Source: Eledone cirrhosa (lineage: Eukaryota). Taken from it: 64,000 bases of DNA. Position 1 is the first letter of the stretch. Each line of letters starts with the position of its first letter. The stretch is from contig OZ024755.1 of NCBI GenBank assembly GCA_964016885.1, positions 13,640,001 to 13,704,000 on the forward strand, given 5' to 3'. Both the position numbers and the translations under genes were made by a program. Below are positions 25,380-39,734 of the stretch, in pieces. The notes under the pieces are model-generated. The model was not told the DNA's origin and made no database searches. It saw only the letters and a list, made by a program, of their open reading frames with translations.

Positions 25380-25676
25380 ATATATATATGACCGTAAACC
25401 ATATGTATAACAAATGTATTTTGCACTGTATAGATAGATGTTTGTGATTGAAAAGAATATTTAAGTACAATCATAAAGGTCAGCTTCCTTGCCGATGTGA
25501 AGATTTTCTCCAAATTTATGAGAAAGAAAATAATTAAGAATAACAGTTTCGAAAACTTCAACTATAGATACATTTTTATACTTAATTATCAGAGAACCCG
25601 GCTACGTTCTCCTTATATTTGGAATATAAATGTTGGACTGCCCAGTTACTTCTGACTCACCCTGTGTATAACTTAA

Positions 25677-25866
25677 TCATTGTTTCTACTTTTGGCACAA
25701 GGCCACCAATTATCCCAGTGTATTACTGGTACTTTATTTTAACGACCCCGTAAGGATGAAAGGCAAAGTTAACCTCAGCGGGATTTGGACTCAGACCATA
25801 AAGGGCCGTAACTCTTTGCTGCAAAGCATGGCGTCCGACCCTCTACCGATACTGCCAATCCACCGC
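25677..25866 (-). mobile_element. Young family A SINE subfamily
   Basis: Full head to tail; ends CTACCGATACTGCCAATCCACCGC. Confidence 0.9.
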
Positions 25867-28439
25867 TCTATAACTTAATAATACAATTCGGTCAGGATTT
25901 GGGATTAGAGTTATGGTTAATTCAATAAGTTTCCTGCAATTAATTGACTCCAGGGAAAAATGCTTAAGTATTAGGAAATCTTATAGGCGTGGTGGTGGTG
26001 GTGGTGGTGGGTTATAGTGAAGAAGCATCCATCACTGTTCTATGAGGACTAATTCAGTGATTTCATTTTTTATTCTGTACTTATTCTTAGATAGCCGGGT
26101 TTAATGCCTCGACATTTGTTCCGGCTCTCAGCTTTCTGGCTTCAAATCCCACCGGAAGTAAACTTTGCCTTTCATCCTTTCTTTGTCGGTAAAATAAAAG
26201 CACAATTTAGGGGTGGTGAATTGGCGGAATTGTTAAAGTGTCAGGCTGGATGCTTTGCCTTAACTGTTCCAACTCTGTGGAGCGTTCTGAGTTTAAATCC
26301 CACCCTCTGTCACTGGAAAAATGTGTACGCTTCTGCTAGGTATTCTGAACGGCAGATAATATCATCAATGGAAAGTCAAATAAAAACAGTTTCCTTGATC
26401 AGATCTGTGATCGGCCCCTTTACTTTTTCATTCTGTTCTAGGTTAGGTTGTCTGAGCTTGCAAAACAGACTAACGCACTAAAATTGATGAAGTACAACCT
26501 ATCGCTGTATTTGTGTGCAGTAGTAAAGAGGCTGCTAACATACTTAATGTAACGAACGAAATAATTTTAATTATAATTACACTCTTGTTAATGAGAAAAA
26601 ATAATTATCTAAATGACTAATTCTGTTTAAGAAACGCAGTGAAAATAACCCCAACATTTAAATTAATTTTAAAATTAATTACATATAGATAGTTGTGATT
26701 CGATCTATTGGTTGCATGCTAGCATTCTTAACAACGTCTCTCTCTCTCCCCCTCTCTCTCTCCTTTCCAATCTCTCTCTCTCTGTCTCAGCCACAGTTTC
26801 AGCCTCTCACTTTATCAGCCTCTCTCTCTCTGATACTTGCAGTGATAGAGATGTATTAACAATGAAGAAGAAAATAAAATAAATAAACATAATCGTAAAT
26901 GGAGCCTTTATCGGTTTTGACGATAGTTGTTCAATCAGCTGAACGATCTACTCATTGATTTAACTTAATTAATCCAATCCAATCCAATCCAATTCAGGGC
27001 TTTCTCACTCCTGTTGGACGAACCTATCTTGGTTGACCTCTACTACTATCTATTTAGTTTTGGTCATGTCGAGGGAGTAGCCATACTCACTACGCTTGGA
27101 CAATTGCGGGTTGGTGAAGCTATTTCACCCACATTTGGGGTGGATGGTCGTTGACTTTTTAACAGCTCTTATTTTTTGTGCTGCTTGGGTTCCACTTATT
27201 CTTACCATCAGACCAGGGTTCTATGGGAGAGCCGGTTTAGTCGCCGACCACTCGACCATGAAGCAAGTTGAACTGGGTTACATGGTACTATTAGCAGGAA
27301 GAAGCCTTAACTAATATTCGTTGTTATTTTCGATAGTCACCACGTGCAGAACTCTCATGTTGTAAATTTACCCCCTCCACTCCTTATATATGTATGTACT
27401 CAGTAAATATTTAATTTGTACAATTGTTAATTATATAACTTAAGACAGTTGAATGGCAGAGTTGTTAGAAAGTCAGATAAAAGTATTTGTTCATGTTTAC
27501 TGTGCTGTTAATGTCAACTTTGCCTTTCGTCTTTTCGGTGTCCAGGTAAATAGATTGAGGAAATTGTTAGTCAGTTTTGGGCTTGTTTTTTTTTTTTAAT
27601 GTATGTGTTTTCGTTCTGAGTCGACCATATCGCTTCCAGCAATTTTTATTGACTCAGGAACGATGGAAATCACAGCTGGCCTGGTGGCTTCACCGAGGAC
27701 GAGGGGCTGAATAAAACACTGAGGCTTTCAAGATTATTGGAAGGGGGGGGGGGGAGGAGAAAAGTATCCTAAGTCCTTGCGGCCTCTCTCGAATCTTTGT
27801 AACGAACTGGACTCCGCTAACAGCATCTATGGGCCAGGTGGTGGAGTTAAACCCGGTGACGGATTTCGTCTACTAAACCAAGTGGGATACGGTGAGATTT
27901 GAAATCGGAACGCAATTGTCACAAGATATCACATTCGACACTCTCTCTTTCCCTTCACACACATATTCATGCGTTTGTGTACGGAGGTAGTGAGTGAAAG
28001 AGAGAGAACATCAACGCACACATGCACTTGATAAGACAACGATAGATGTTATTTTGCGATGGAGATTCTGAACATTTCAATAACTGTTCTATTATATTTT
28101 TAGTTGAGAAGAAAACTATATATTGGATTCATAATAAAAAAAAAACTGAAGTCCCCACCGTCACGCTTTGCTGGTTTTCGGCCACATAAACTAATATAAC
28201 CACACCATGAAGAAATTTAACCAGTATGTTATTCCATTAACCTAACTGAAATAACCAGTTCGTGAGGCAGGCATTTTAACTCGCAAGTTATTACATAAAT
28301 TAAAACAAAATAACTGTATTATGAAGCTGTTTAAACATAAGTTATTACTTTAACTAAAATAATATAATAACCGAATCATAAAAAAATTTAACTAGTGAAG
28401 TGAGTTATTACATATTTATTGTCGGTTGGTTGAAGTTTT

Positions 28440-29010
28440 TTCTGTGTGTGTGTGCTTGTGGTATGCATTTGTGTGTATGTGTATGTATTTGTGTGTATGT
28501 GTGTGTCTCCTCTCTGTCCGTTACACTCTGTCTGTCGGTCTATCTCTCTTTCTCTCTCTCTCTCTGTCTGTCTGTTTCTCTCTCTGTTTATATCCACTCT
28601 ATCTGACTCTCTGTCTATCTGTATTTCTCTCCATCTCTCTGTCTGGTTCTCTTTCTGTCTATCTCACCCTACTCTGACTATGTCTGCCCACTCTCTCTGT
28701 GTCTGTCTCTCTCTCTCTCTGCTTTTCTCTCTCTCTACCCCTCTCGCACTTTACCTCGCTATGCCATTCTCTGTTTTATTGGTAACAGGTCCCGTGTCAT
28801 CGTCTCTCACTCTCTCTGTCTCAATCACTGTCTCTCATTTTCTTGGCCTGGCCCTCCCCCCCCCCCCCCAGTCTTTATCACTCACTATTCTGTCTCTCCC
28901 CTATCTTCCTCTCTATCTATCTCCTATCTCTCTTTCCCTCCACCTCCTCTCTTCCCTCTCCCCCTTCTCCCCCCTCTCCTCCCCCTCTCTCTCTCACACA
29001 TACACACACT
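28440..29010. repeat. (TG)n/(CT)n low-complexity tract
   Basis: Visible directly. Confidence 0.9.
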
Positions 29011-29584
29011 GCCTTATTGGCAACATTAGCTTGTGTCGTCGTCTGTCATAAAATGTCAAGTGGTTGTTCACTGGTCGAACCAAAAGTCTTCCGCGGACTA
29101 TTTTTCTTCCTGTGTGATATCATTTCAAAAATTGCAACGCACCATATGTTAGCCGAAAACTGCACTACTTACACATGTACCTTGACTACAAACCACACAC
29201 AGAACAATAGCAACAGTAACAACAACAACAACAACAGCAACACATAACAAAACATGAAAAAAAAGCAATAATAAATAAATACAAAATAAATTGATAGAAT
29301 ATTTAAGAGATGGAAATACAAAGAGAGCAAGCAACACGTTGTAATCGAGAGCGAAAGGGGGAGAGAGAGAAAGGGTGAGATAGTGAGCAGGTGTGTGAGG
29401 GACTGAGGAGGCGGAGAGAATGGCTATGGTGAGAGAGAGTGAAGGATGTGATGGGAGAAGATGAAAAAGAAAAATGTACAGGGGTAGGATTAAAGTAAAT
29501 ATAACCGTAAAAGATAAATTTTCAATTGTGTACGTATGTCCGTATGCATGTGGATGAATATGAGTGTATATACACATGGCTGTA

Positions 29585-29618
<34 letters not shown>

Positions 29619-29724
29619 AGATAGGGTGTGGTAAAAAAACAGGTGGACCATAACCCACCAGAGTGTTCGATACTTGGGGTAGTAGAGCGGGTAAAGTGAA
29701 TCTTTCATATATATATATATATAT

Positions 29725-30007
<283 letters not shown>

Positions 30008-30059
30008 CACACACACACACATATATATATATTTATATACATATATTCTCCAGGGTGGG

Positions 30060-31560
30060 AGTGATTCATATGCAACTAAGATGCCAACAGCGAGAATGAC
30101 ACCAAATTCGACAACTAACCACCTTTCCAAAGAAGCTACTGTCTTTGGGATGTGGAACGTCCGCACTCTATATGTTTGTGGGAAGAGAATAGAAACTACA
30201 CACGAACTTGTCTGACACATATGGGATATCTTAGGCCTAGCTGAAGTCTGGTAGGCTAGATTTGGTGAGACAACAGCAGACGAAGGCCACACACTGTAAT
30301 ACACCAGATATGACACCAAACACGAACATGGAGTGGGCTTCATCATTAAGACCAGAGTGAGATTAGTTATCAGTTGTACACCAGTATCCAACAGACTCAT
30401 CGCCAAACCTGTAACTGCAAGACCTCAGAACATTGTCCTTATGTAAGAGGGCGGTGAATTGGCAGTATCGGTAGAGGGTCGGACGCCATGCTTTGCAGCA
30501 AAGATTTATGGCCCTTTATGGTCTGAGTTCAAATCACGCCGAGGTTAACTTTGCCTTTCATCCTTACAGGGTCGATAAAATAAAGTACCAGTAATACACT
30601 GTATATTGTACAGTATACACTGTATATTGCTGGTCTTGTGCCAAAAGTAGAAACAATTATCGTAATGTAAGTGTATTGTAAGACGCTTGAATATGATGAA
30701 GTTTAGAAAGAAAACCATCAGGACAGCTACCCAAAAAGGGAGACTGGAATTCCAGAGTAGGCGCTGGTATATATGATCAGTGAACTGGGAGACTGAAGAC
30801 TGTCATAGTTAAAGAACTATCAGTCCAATTAGTCACCAAAGTATAATACTGCTCAGAGTTCTTCGACGTTCTTCGAAATTCTTCGAAATAGGGGAAAGCT
30901 GAAGAAATACTTGCAGAAGAAGAAACAAGATTCAGGTCTAAAAATAATACAGCAGAGCAGATATTTATCATCAGACAGCTAAGCGAGAAACATCTGCAGC
31001 ACCAATCTTACCTTTAGTATAACCTCGACTTTAAAAATACAACAAAACCTTAGACCATGTCTCGCAAGAAAGTCTGTTATAGGCGATGAAGTATTATAAC
31101 TTCGAGAGAAATCCCATCCCAGTAATCCAAACAATGTATGAAATCTCAAACAGTGCAGTTCTCCTGAATGACATCAAAGAATTTTCCAGTGCTTTTTATA
31201 ATCTTCATGGATAACATCATGCAAAAGACACTCTAATATTTGCACAAATCCATTTCCATTGGAGAACTCCTCATTTTCAGCCTGTGTTTGCTGATTGACC
31301 TGTTAGGAAGCATCGAAACAGATGTGCCAGGAACATATGGAATAGAGATCAGCTCACAAAAGTGTAAGATCCTGGTTAATATTCATAAACAGAACACAAC
31401 AACCAGCATCATGCTGAACGGAGGAAGATTTGTAGAAGTGGACATTTCAAGTAACTAGGATCCAGACTGACAAAAGAAGACAGATCTCAAAAGGAGATAA
31501 TAGCAAGATTTGGACTGGTACTTCTGCCATGACGAAGCTGAATACGATATGGAAAAGCAA
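30060..31560 (+). pseudogene. Decayed, internally deleted RTE-clade LINE (APE endonuclease + RT fragments)
   Basis: GMWNVRTL..WDILGLAEVW..GET..EGHTL..HEHGVGFII (APE); EILAEEETRFR...AEQIFIIRQLSEKHLQHQ (RT N-terminal); YGIEISSQKCKILVN. Confidence 0.9.
30449..30660 (+). mobile_element. Young family A SINE nested in the RTE LINE
   Basis: GGGCGGTGAATTGGCAGTATCGG head; imperfect flanking duplication ATTGTCCTTATGTAAG (30432) / ATTATCGTAATGTAAG (30656). Confidence 0.9.
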
Positions 31561-31597
31561 CTCGATTAGTTGTGTGTGTGCATATATATATATATAT

Positions 31598-31785
31598 ATA
31601 GTGGTAAGAGTGTTAACAATGTTGTGGGTTCGATTCCTGATTGCGTGTTGTGTTGTAGGGGTTTAACCTTGCGATGGACTGGCGTTCTGTCCAGGGGGAA
31701 GTGTTGTACTCTCAGTCGCTTCACGCCATGAAACCGAGATAAGCACCGGCCAAATGAGCCTTCTGGCTTAAGACAGACTTTAGCT
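31598..31785 (+). mobile_element. tRNA-type SINE (family C); related copy at ~52290-52460
   Basis: GGGTTCGATTCC box B; ACCTTGCGATGGACTGGCGTTCTGTCCAGGGGG..GAAACCGAGATAAGC body. Confidence 0.7.
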
Positions 31786-31799
31786 ATGTATGTATGCAT

Positions 31800-31968
31800 G
31801 TCATCTCTCCCGGTGATTTTGGATGGCCAAGTGTATTGTTTGTACCAGAGTTTTCAAGTCAATGGCTGGACTAATAAGTCACACTCGTTCAGCGCATCGG
31901 TAGGGGTTCTCCTACATCGATATAAAGTAGTGGCCGTACTCGAAAACGAGTTGGCAGCCACCACCATC
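31800..31968 (+). mobile_element. Truncated copy of the bipartite RTE element with an inverted 5' piece
   Basis: 31800-31829 is the reverse complement of internal TGGCCATCCAAAATCACCGGGAGAGATGAC; 31830 onward matches the 3' end; followed by (TATG)n. Confidence 0.85.
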
Positions 31969-32199
31969 TATGTATGTATGTATGTATGTATGTATGTATG
32001 TATGTATGTATGTATGTATGTATGTATGTATGTATGTATGTATGTATGTATGTATGTATGTATGTATGTATGTATGTATGTATGTATGTATGTATGTATG
32101 TATGTATGTATGTATGTATGTATGTATGTATGTATGTATGTATGTATGTATGTATGTATGTATGTATGTATGTATGTATGTGTGTGTGTGTGTGTATCA

Positions 32200-32525
32200 A
32201 GTTTCAGTCATTGGACAGTAGCCATGATGGGGTACAACTTTAATTTATTTTCTTCCAGTTTTATTGTAATTTTATGGCTGGAAGTTCGTCTATTATTGAG
32301 ATTAAAACAGCTGACCTTTCTTTAGTGAATCTTTTAATAGTTGGCGGCTCTAGTATCGCTATTAGAAGTTCATCTAATACTTTTTTGAATGTTTCCATGG
32401 TGGTCCCTCTTATTTTTCTGATTTCTTTAGGCAGGCAGTTAAACTCAGACGTTGGACAGTAGCCATATTGGAGCAAGACCTTAATTTATTTTCTTCCAGT
32501 TTTATTGTAGTTTTATGGCTGGATG
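32200..32525 (-). mobile_element. CR1/L2-group LINE 3' end with duplicated terminal segment
   Basis: FNCLPKEIRKIRGTTMETFKKVLDELL..PPTI motif; direct repeat TTAATTTATTTTCTTCCAGTTTTATTGTA.TTTTATGGCTGGA at 32240 and 32481. Confidence 0.7.
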
Positions 32526-33125
32526 TATACACATATAAATTTTTCTGTATATATATATAATGTGTGTGTGTATGTTTTCTTTTATTCTTTTGAGATCTTC
32601 GTTCATCGTGTCATAAAGATTTTTCTTTTCGAATAATATTTTTGTGTTTGTTGGCCTTTCTTTCTCGAACAAATATAAAGCATATGGTTCGAAACGTTTC
32701 ATGTCGATATCGTGCACAGTGAATGTTGGACCAGTTTTGCTTAAGCATCTCTTCCTGGTTACTTTTCCAGTTAGCTTTGCGAAAGTTTAGGCTGAATGTA
32801 ATTCGCGTATTTCATGTAGGTTGCATAACTACAGTTTTCCTCGGACAACATGTTTGTTAATTCTATAATGTTATGATCCCAGAAAGTCGGTGTTATTTTT
32901 ACATTGTGGACGAGCTCCGCGTTATTTGTGTTGGATGTAGTATCATTTCTTTCCAGGAACAGCCTGTTAGTAAGGTAAGGTCAAACAGGGGTTCTGCTTC
33001 TCTTTGTTCATGTGCCGTAATGTCTAAGGATTTTGACTTTGGGGATGTTGCAGTATGTTGAGACTGACTACCTTTGATTAGTACTTCTATTTTCACATTT
33101 GCCCTCATAAGGCATCCAGTAGCGT

Positions 33126-33168
<43 letters not shown>

Positions 33169-33310
33169 GTAAAATGTGGGTATTCTCAGCGCGAAAGGGA
33201 GCCGTTACCAGCTGTATACTATTTGCATAGTAAAATTTTTTGTGTTAAGATATAACCACAAATCGAATACGAATATTCATATGCACTCATCGCTTCAAAC
33301 CTTTCCAATT

Positions 33311-33355
<45 letters not shown>

Positions 33356-33479
33356 GTGTGTGGTGTGTGGTGTGTATGTGTGTGTGTGTGTGGCCATTAC
33401 CGAGGTAGGGTAGGGCTAAGAAGCTACTCTCTAAGTAAAATCCCCCCAAGTGGATTGTGTCTCATAGACCCTCTGTCAA

Positions 33480-35790
33480 TCAAAGCCCAGCTCCTTACCT
33501 TCTCGTGGCGAAGATGTTGGCAGAGGAAGGTATTGGATTGGATTGGAAACAGTAACAGCTTGCTTCTGCTGGAGCTTTGTACTGAGTTGAATTTATATAT
33601 CTTAAGCACACACTTCAAACATAGAGGGGATCATGTCACAACATGGATACACCCAGCTTTCTGATAATGAAAATTAATCGATTTAGTAATTTTTCGCAAA
33701 CGTGACATGCAGGATATCTGTAATGTCCGTTCTATGCCTGGTGCTGAGTGCTAAACTGAACACTGTTTGGTAAGGGCAAAAATGTATTTAATAATTGTTT
33801 CTACTTTTGGCACAAGGCCAGCAAGTTAAAGGGAGAGGAAAGTCGATTTAATTGACCCCAGTGTGTAACTGGTACTTTTTATCGACCCTGTAAGGATGAA
33901 AAATCAAAACTAACCTCGGCGGGGTTTGAACTTAGAAAGTAAAGGACCGCAAATCCATGCCACAAAGCATGTTGTTCCACATTCTACAGATGTTAATCAA
34001 CCGTCCTTAAAATGCATTTAATAATAAAACCAGCATCTACAAATCATAACATCATTAAGCTTTCCAAACGCCTCGTTGTTAATAAGCTGAGATCTCCACA
34101 AATTCTAGTTGCTTTGGGAGAACATAACACTGCCATCAATAACACCTTTTCCTGGGCTATAGCCAGATAGGAACTTTACAATGCAGTACATGAAACTGTT
34201 GGAACTACAAAAAGAACACTATTGATATGATCTTTACAGCACGTCAAATTCAAGAAAAATGTTAGGAACAACAACAGAACCTGTATTAGGTTTTTGTGGA
34301 TTTAACAAAAACCTTTAGTATGGTGAGATGCTGCTCTATGAAAGATCCTTGTCAAGTTATGGTGCCCGGAACACATTTTTTAACATAATAAAATCCTTTC
34401 ATGACGACATAGAGGCTTGTGTAAAAATATTGGTGGTATTATTTCAGAGCCAACCAAAGTTAAAAATGGTTTTAAGCAGGGTGTTCTTTTGGCTTCTACA
34501 CATCTCTATTTCTCAGTGGTTCTCATTGAAGATTTTAGGGACTGTAATGAAGACATCTTCATCAGGTATCGCTTCTCGGGAATGCCTTTTGATATCAGGC
34601 ACAGGTATCTCTCCCCGTGAATGTTTTTTTTAACATCAGGTACTTTCCTACAAATACTTAAATTCAACCAAACTATCATTCACGATCTTCTTTGCATTGA
34701 TGATTGTGATATTGTTGCCTATTCACTTAGAGATATGCAAAATGTTATTCATGTAAATCCTTTAAATTAACTATAAGCCTCGATAAAACTGTAGTAATGA
34801 TTCTACTAGTTCCGGTATCTCTTAATATAGAACAATCTACTTCCGTAGATGGCCAAGAACTCAAAGTAGTCCATACATTTTCATATCTGGGAAGTACAAT
34901 CAACCAGTATTGCACATTAGATGATGAAATAGCCTCCCGTAACAAAAAGGCAACCGATTTTTTCTTAGGAATTAGGAAATAGACAAAAATTGTTATATAC
35001 AATGTGTGTGTTCTGTCTATTCTTGTATATTCCTGTGCACATGAGATGTCTATCACATGTAAATAAAAATTCTCGAATGGTTTCACAAGCGTTGTCTGCG
35101 TGACATTTTCAGTGTTAATTGGAGTACATGCATTGCAAACGCTGAAATATTACGAAAGGGGAAGTCAGTATTGAAGTTAATATCCAAAATCACTGAGTCC
35201 AATGGGTAAAACACCTTGTTAGATCTGATGACAGCATCAGAAGTCCGTTATGGGGAGTTAATAACTGGTAAAATACCTCAACATAAACCTAAGCCGCGTT
35301 TCAAGGACTATGTTACAGATTTTTTAACACAGTGCAACATTGATCCATATCGCTGGGAAGTCATAGCATGAGATAGAAACAAGTATAGTACCGCTGTATT
35401 TAATGGTGTAAGATTTGTTCATAAATCTGTTTCGAAATGGGATAGCATTAAGCGTGCAGCTAAGAAAGAGCAACATGTGAAGATATCTGTGCAGCAGTGT
35501 GTATGCAATGCATATAGCCGAATATGTCTATTGAAAGCTGGATGTACAAGTCATTTACGTAAACATGGAGAAATATCACAGGTCAAATATGACAGATTCT
35601 TTGCAGCAAATCTGGCATATGATACATGAGGTAGAGAAATTTTAGATTATCTCAGAACTTACAAGACGTTCAAAAATACACATTAAAAAATACGAATCAG
35701 AATGAAGAGCGAATTGATGGAAGGAGTAAATTCCTATGTATTGTATGTAACAAAACGTGTAAGACCCCGACAGGCTTTAAAAGCCACTGC
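33480..35790 (+). pseudogene. Decayed RTE-clade LINE (endonuclease end, RT, C-terminal zinc finger)
   Basis: NSNSLLLLELCTELNLYILSTHF..TTWIHP; VKNGFKQGVLLA; GQELKVVHTFSYLGSTI..LDDEIASR; C..C..KAGCTSHLRKH. Confidence 0.9.
33796..34008 (-). mobile_element. Family A SINE nested in the LINE with a 17-bp target-site duplication
   Basis: AAAATGTATTTAATAAT (33779-33795) / AAAATGCATTTAATAAT (34009-34025). Confidence 0.85.
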
Positions 35791-35895
35791 ATGGCTAACA
35801 ACCATCTATAGGAATATATTATGTATCACAGATGGTTTAAGTCTCTTAGCAAGTTTATGGCCATGTGTATATGTGCTATGTATAGCACATCCCCC

Positions 35896-35931
<36 letters not shown>

Positions 35932-36571
35932 GTATATAATTGTATGTATGTATACACTTATATACACATTTGCATGTATATATTTATCTTTCTCTAAATG
36001 AGTATATATATGCTTATATACATATCCATATCCATATGTATATACATACACTAGTAAGACCATTACTGAACAGAGTACTCGATACTTGGTAGGGTAGGGC
36101 CTCAACTCTTTCCAATATATATATGTAATGCATATATATATATATATATATACACTTGGCCATATGCAGGGTATATATATGCGAGTATGGGAAGGATTTG
36201 TGTGTATGTCTATGTAAATGCATATATGCAAATATAGATGCATGCATGCTTGTATGTGAGTGGAGTACTGTGCCATCTTCTTCTTCCTCTTTGAAATTTG
36301 ATAGTGAAGGAAAGGGTAAACGTGAAGGAAGAGAATAGAGAGATGAACTGAATAAATGAATGGAGTCCCGAACAAGAAGCTAATCAAATAGATACTTACG
36401 CCGACATACAAATATGTACAACATTCTATAAAGTCGGTTAGAAATGAAACGTGCCAATCAGAAATCTGTCTAATGTATACACAGATGCACAGAGGCATAC
36501 ATTCACACACATATGGATATACAAATAATTTGTGCGTTTGTATTTCTCTATATATTTATAGTGTGTGTTTC

Positions 36572-36574
<3 letters not shown>

Positions 36575-36638
<64 letters not shown>

Positions 36639-36639
36639 A

Positions 36640-36702
<63 letters not shown>

Positions 36703-36741
36703 ATATATGTATATATATGTATATATATGTATATATGTATG

Positions 36742-36779
<38 letters not shown>

Positions 36780-36838
36780 TGTATGCATATATATATATGT
36801 ATATATGTATGCATATATATATATGTATATATGTATGC

Positions 36839-36869
<31 letters not shown>

Positions 36870-36870
36870 C

Positions 36871-36902
<32 letters not shown>

Positions 36903-36977
36903 GTATATATATATATGTATATATATGTATATATATATATATATGTATATATATGTATATATATATATATATGTATA

Positions 36978-37023
<46 letters not shown>

Positions 37024-37261
37024 TATATATGTATATATGTATGTATATATATATGTGTGTATATGTATATATATATATATGTATATATGTATGTGTGTGT
37101 ATATGTATATATATATATATGTATATATGTATGTATATATATATATATGTGTGTGTATATGTATGTATATATAATATATTTGCATACGTACACATATACA
37201 CACATACATACACACATATATATATATATATGCATACTTATATATGAATACACACACACAG

Positions 37262-37299
<38 letters not shown>

Positions 37300-37329
37300 G
37301 CATATATATATATAAATACACACACACAC

Positions 37330-37373
<44 letters not shown>

Positions 37374-37509
37374 TTATATATGTATATATATTTACAAATA
37401 TATATATATATATATATATTTACAAATATATATATATATATATATATTTACAAATATATATATATATATATATATATTTACAAATATATATATATATATA
37501 TATATATTT

Positions 37510-37548
<39 letters not shown>
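36575..37548. repeat. Compound (TA)/(TG) microsatellite tract
   Basis: Visible directly. Confidence 0.99.
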
Positions 37549-37549
<1 letters not shown>

Positions 37550-37794
37550 ACTACCTTTACCTTCCCCTAAAATAAACAAATAAGTAATCCAAAAAACAAA
37601 TGAGATATCCATGGGGGTTGGGGTGTAATCCTGGTCTTCGGAACGTGCTTGCGTAATTTTATGGAACTTTTCGACACACCAGTAACAATAACAACAAGTG
37701 AACCCATTACAGCCACCAAGTGGTGCCTTGTAATTCACCATCTTTCTCTCTTCCTCTCTGCCACTTGCTACACCTCACCCGTTCTCTTGTTAGT

Positions 37795-38352
37795 GTTGTT
37801 GTAGTTGCTCATGATGATGATGTTTTACTTATTCTCCTTGTTGTAGTTGCTCATGATGATGATGATGTTTTACTTATTCTCCTTGTTGTAGTTGCTCATG
37901 ATGATGATGTTTTACTTATTCTCCTTGTTGTAGTTGCTCATGATGATGATGTTTTACTTATTCTCCTTGTAGTTGCTCATGATGATGATGTTTTACTTAT
38001 TCTCCTTGTTGTAGTTGCTCATGATGATGATGATGTTTTACTTATTCTCCTTGTTGTAGTTGCTCATGATGATGATGATGTTTTACTTATTCTCCTTGTA
38101 GTTGCTCATGATGATGATGATGTTTTACTTATTCTCCTTGTAGTTGCTCATGATGATGTTTTACTTATTCTCCTTGTAGTTGCTCATGATGATGATGATG
38201 TTTTACTTACTCTCCTTGTTGTAGTTGCTCATGATGATGATGATGTTTTACTTACTCTCCTTGTTGTAGTTGCTCATGATGATGATGATGTTTTACTTAT
38301 TCTCCTTGTAGTTGCTCATGATGATGATGAGGTTTTACTTATTCTCCTTGTT
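37795..38352. repeat. Minisatellite, ~13 units of ~36-45 bp
   Basis: Unit GTAGTTGCTCAT(GAT)nGTTTTACTTATTCTCCTT(GTT). Confidence 0.95.
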
Positions 38353-38539
38353 GTTCTTGTCCTTCTTCGTCTTCCTTTTTCCTCCCTTCTTTTTCGTCTT
38401 CTCCCTTTTTATTCCATCTTCTTTCCCTTTTCTCCTTCTCCCCCTTTTCATTCCTCCTTTTTCTTCTTCTTGTCCGTCACTTTTATTCATACAAGTAAGT
38501 AGACCCATAACTAATTTCAACTTTTGAGTTGTTGGATGG

Positions 38540-38696
38540 AATCGCATGGGCACGCTGGGCAGTTGCCCGGGGGCCCCACGAGGATAGGGGCCCATTTGTA
38601 TTTTTATTCCTGTGAGTGGTTGTGTAGGTAGGGGCCCCAGTGCTCTGCTTTGCCGGGTGGGGGGGGGGGGGTATAAGGTTGTTAAGACGGCCCTGC
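38540..38696 (-). mobile_element. GC-rich hAT-like MITE fragment
   Basis: Terminus GTTAAGACGGCCCTG (reverse complement CAGGGCCGTCTTAAC) with internal GGGCCCC motifs. Confidence 0.55.
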
Positions 38697-39004
38697 CAGC
38701 ACCATGACCATCACCACTGATAACATCAACAGCAGCAGAATGACTAATATTAACAACAGCAACATCATCGTGTCTGTGGTGGCGACAATCTCTGGAAGGC
38801 CAGTAATTGTCGTCACAAAGCTTTCCTTTACCCCCCCCCCCCCCACACACACTCATGCTCTCTCTCACTCTGTCTCTCTCTCACACACACACACACACTC
38901 ATGCTCTCTCTCACACATACACACACACTCATGTCTCTCTCTCACACACACACATGCTCTCTCTCACTCTGTCTGTCTCTCTCTCACACACACACACACT
39001 CATG

Positions 39005-39063
<59 letters not shown>

Positions 39064-39302
39064 ATGTCACTCTCTCTCTTTCTCTCACACACACTCATGC
39101 TCTCTCTCTCTCTCACACACACACACATACACACACTCATGTCTCTCTCTCACACACACATGGACAAATACATGTGTGTCTATTTATGTATGCATGGAAA
39201 CGTATATATATGTGTATATATGTGTGTGTGTGTGTGCATATATATATAAAATATGTGATGAACACACATATATATATACACACATACATGCAGACAGATA
39301 AG

Positions 39303-39344
<42 letters not shown>

Positions 39345-39568
39345 CTCTACGGTTCTTATATATTCGATATATATTTATCCTTATCGAGCCCTCTTTGGAT
39401 TTTAGTCTTCAAATTTATTATTATTACTATATATATGTATATATATATGTATGTATGTGTGTATGTGTGTATGCATGTAAAAGTATAGCTCACCGCTGAT
39501 AGCACATATCATCACTTCTATAACAGCCACAGCAACCACCAGGTACTAACTACTATCACCACTACTGT

Positions 39569-39601
<33 letters not shown>

Positions 39602-39734
39602 AATAATAAAGAAAACGCGAGGAAATAGGTTTTCCCGGTTTCAATGTCAATAGATTTATAGACAGACGTTTGTTTTTTGTTTTTGTTTTTTTACTTCATA
39701 GTTTATTTTTTCTTGTGACACAATAGGAAACATG

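Noticed and set aside
32530-33110. Short minus-strand ORFs, possibly a LINE remnant
   Set aside because: No diagnostic motif that I can recognise with confidence.
37720-38502. Regular repeat array resembling CRISPR or a repeat membrane protein
   Set aside because: Units are contiguous with no unique spacers and vary only by trinucleotide slippage; eukaryotic context with no cas genes.
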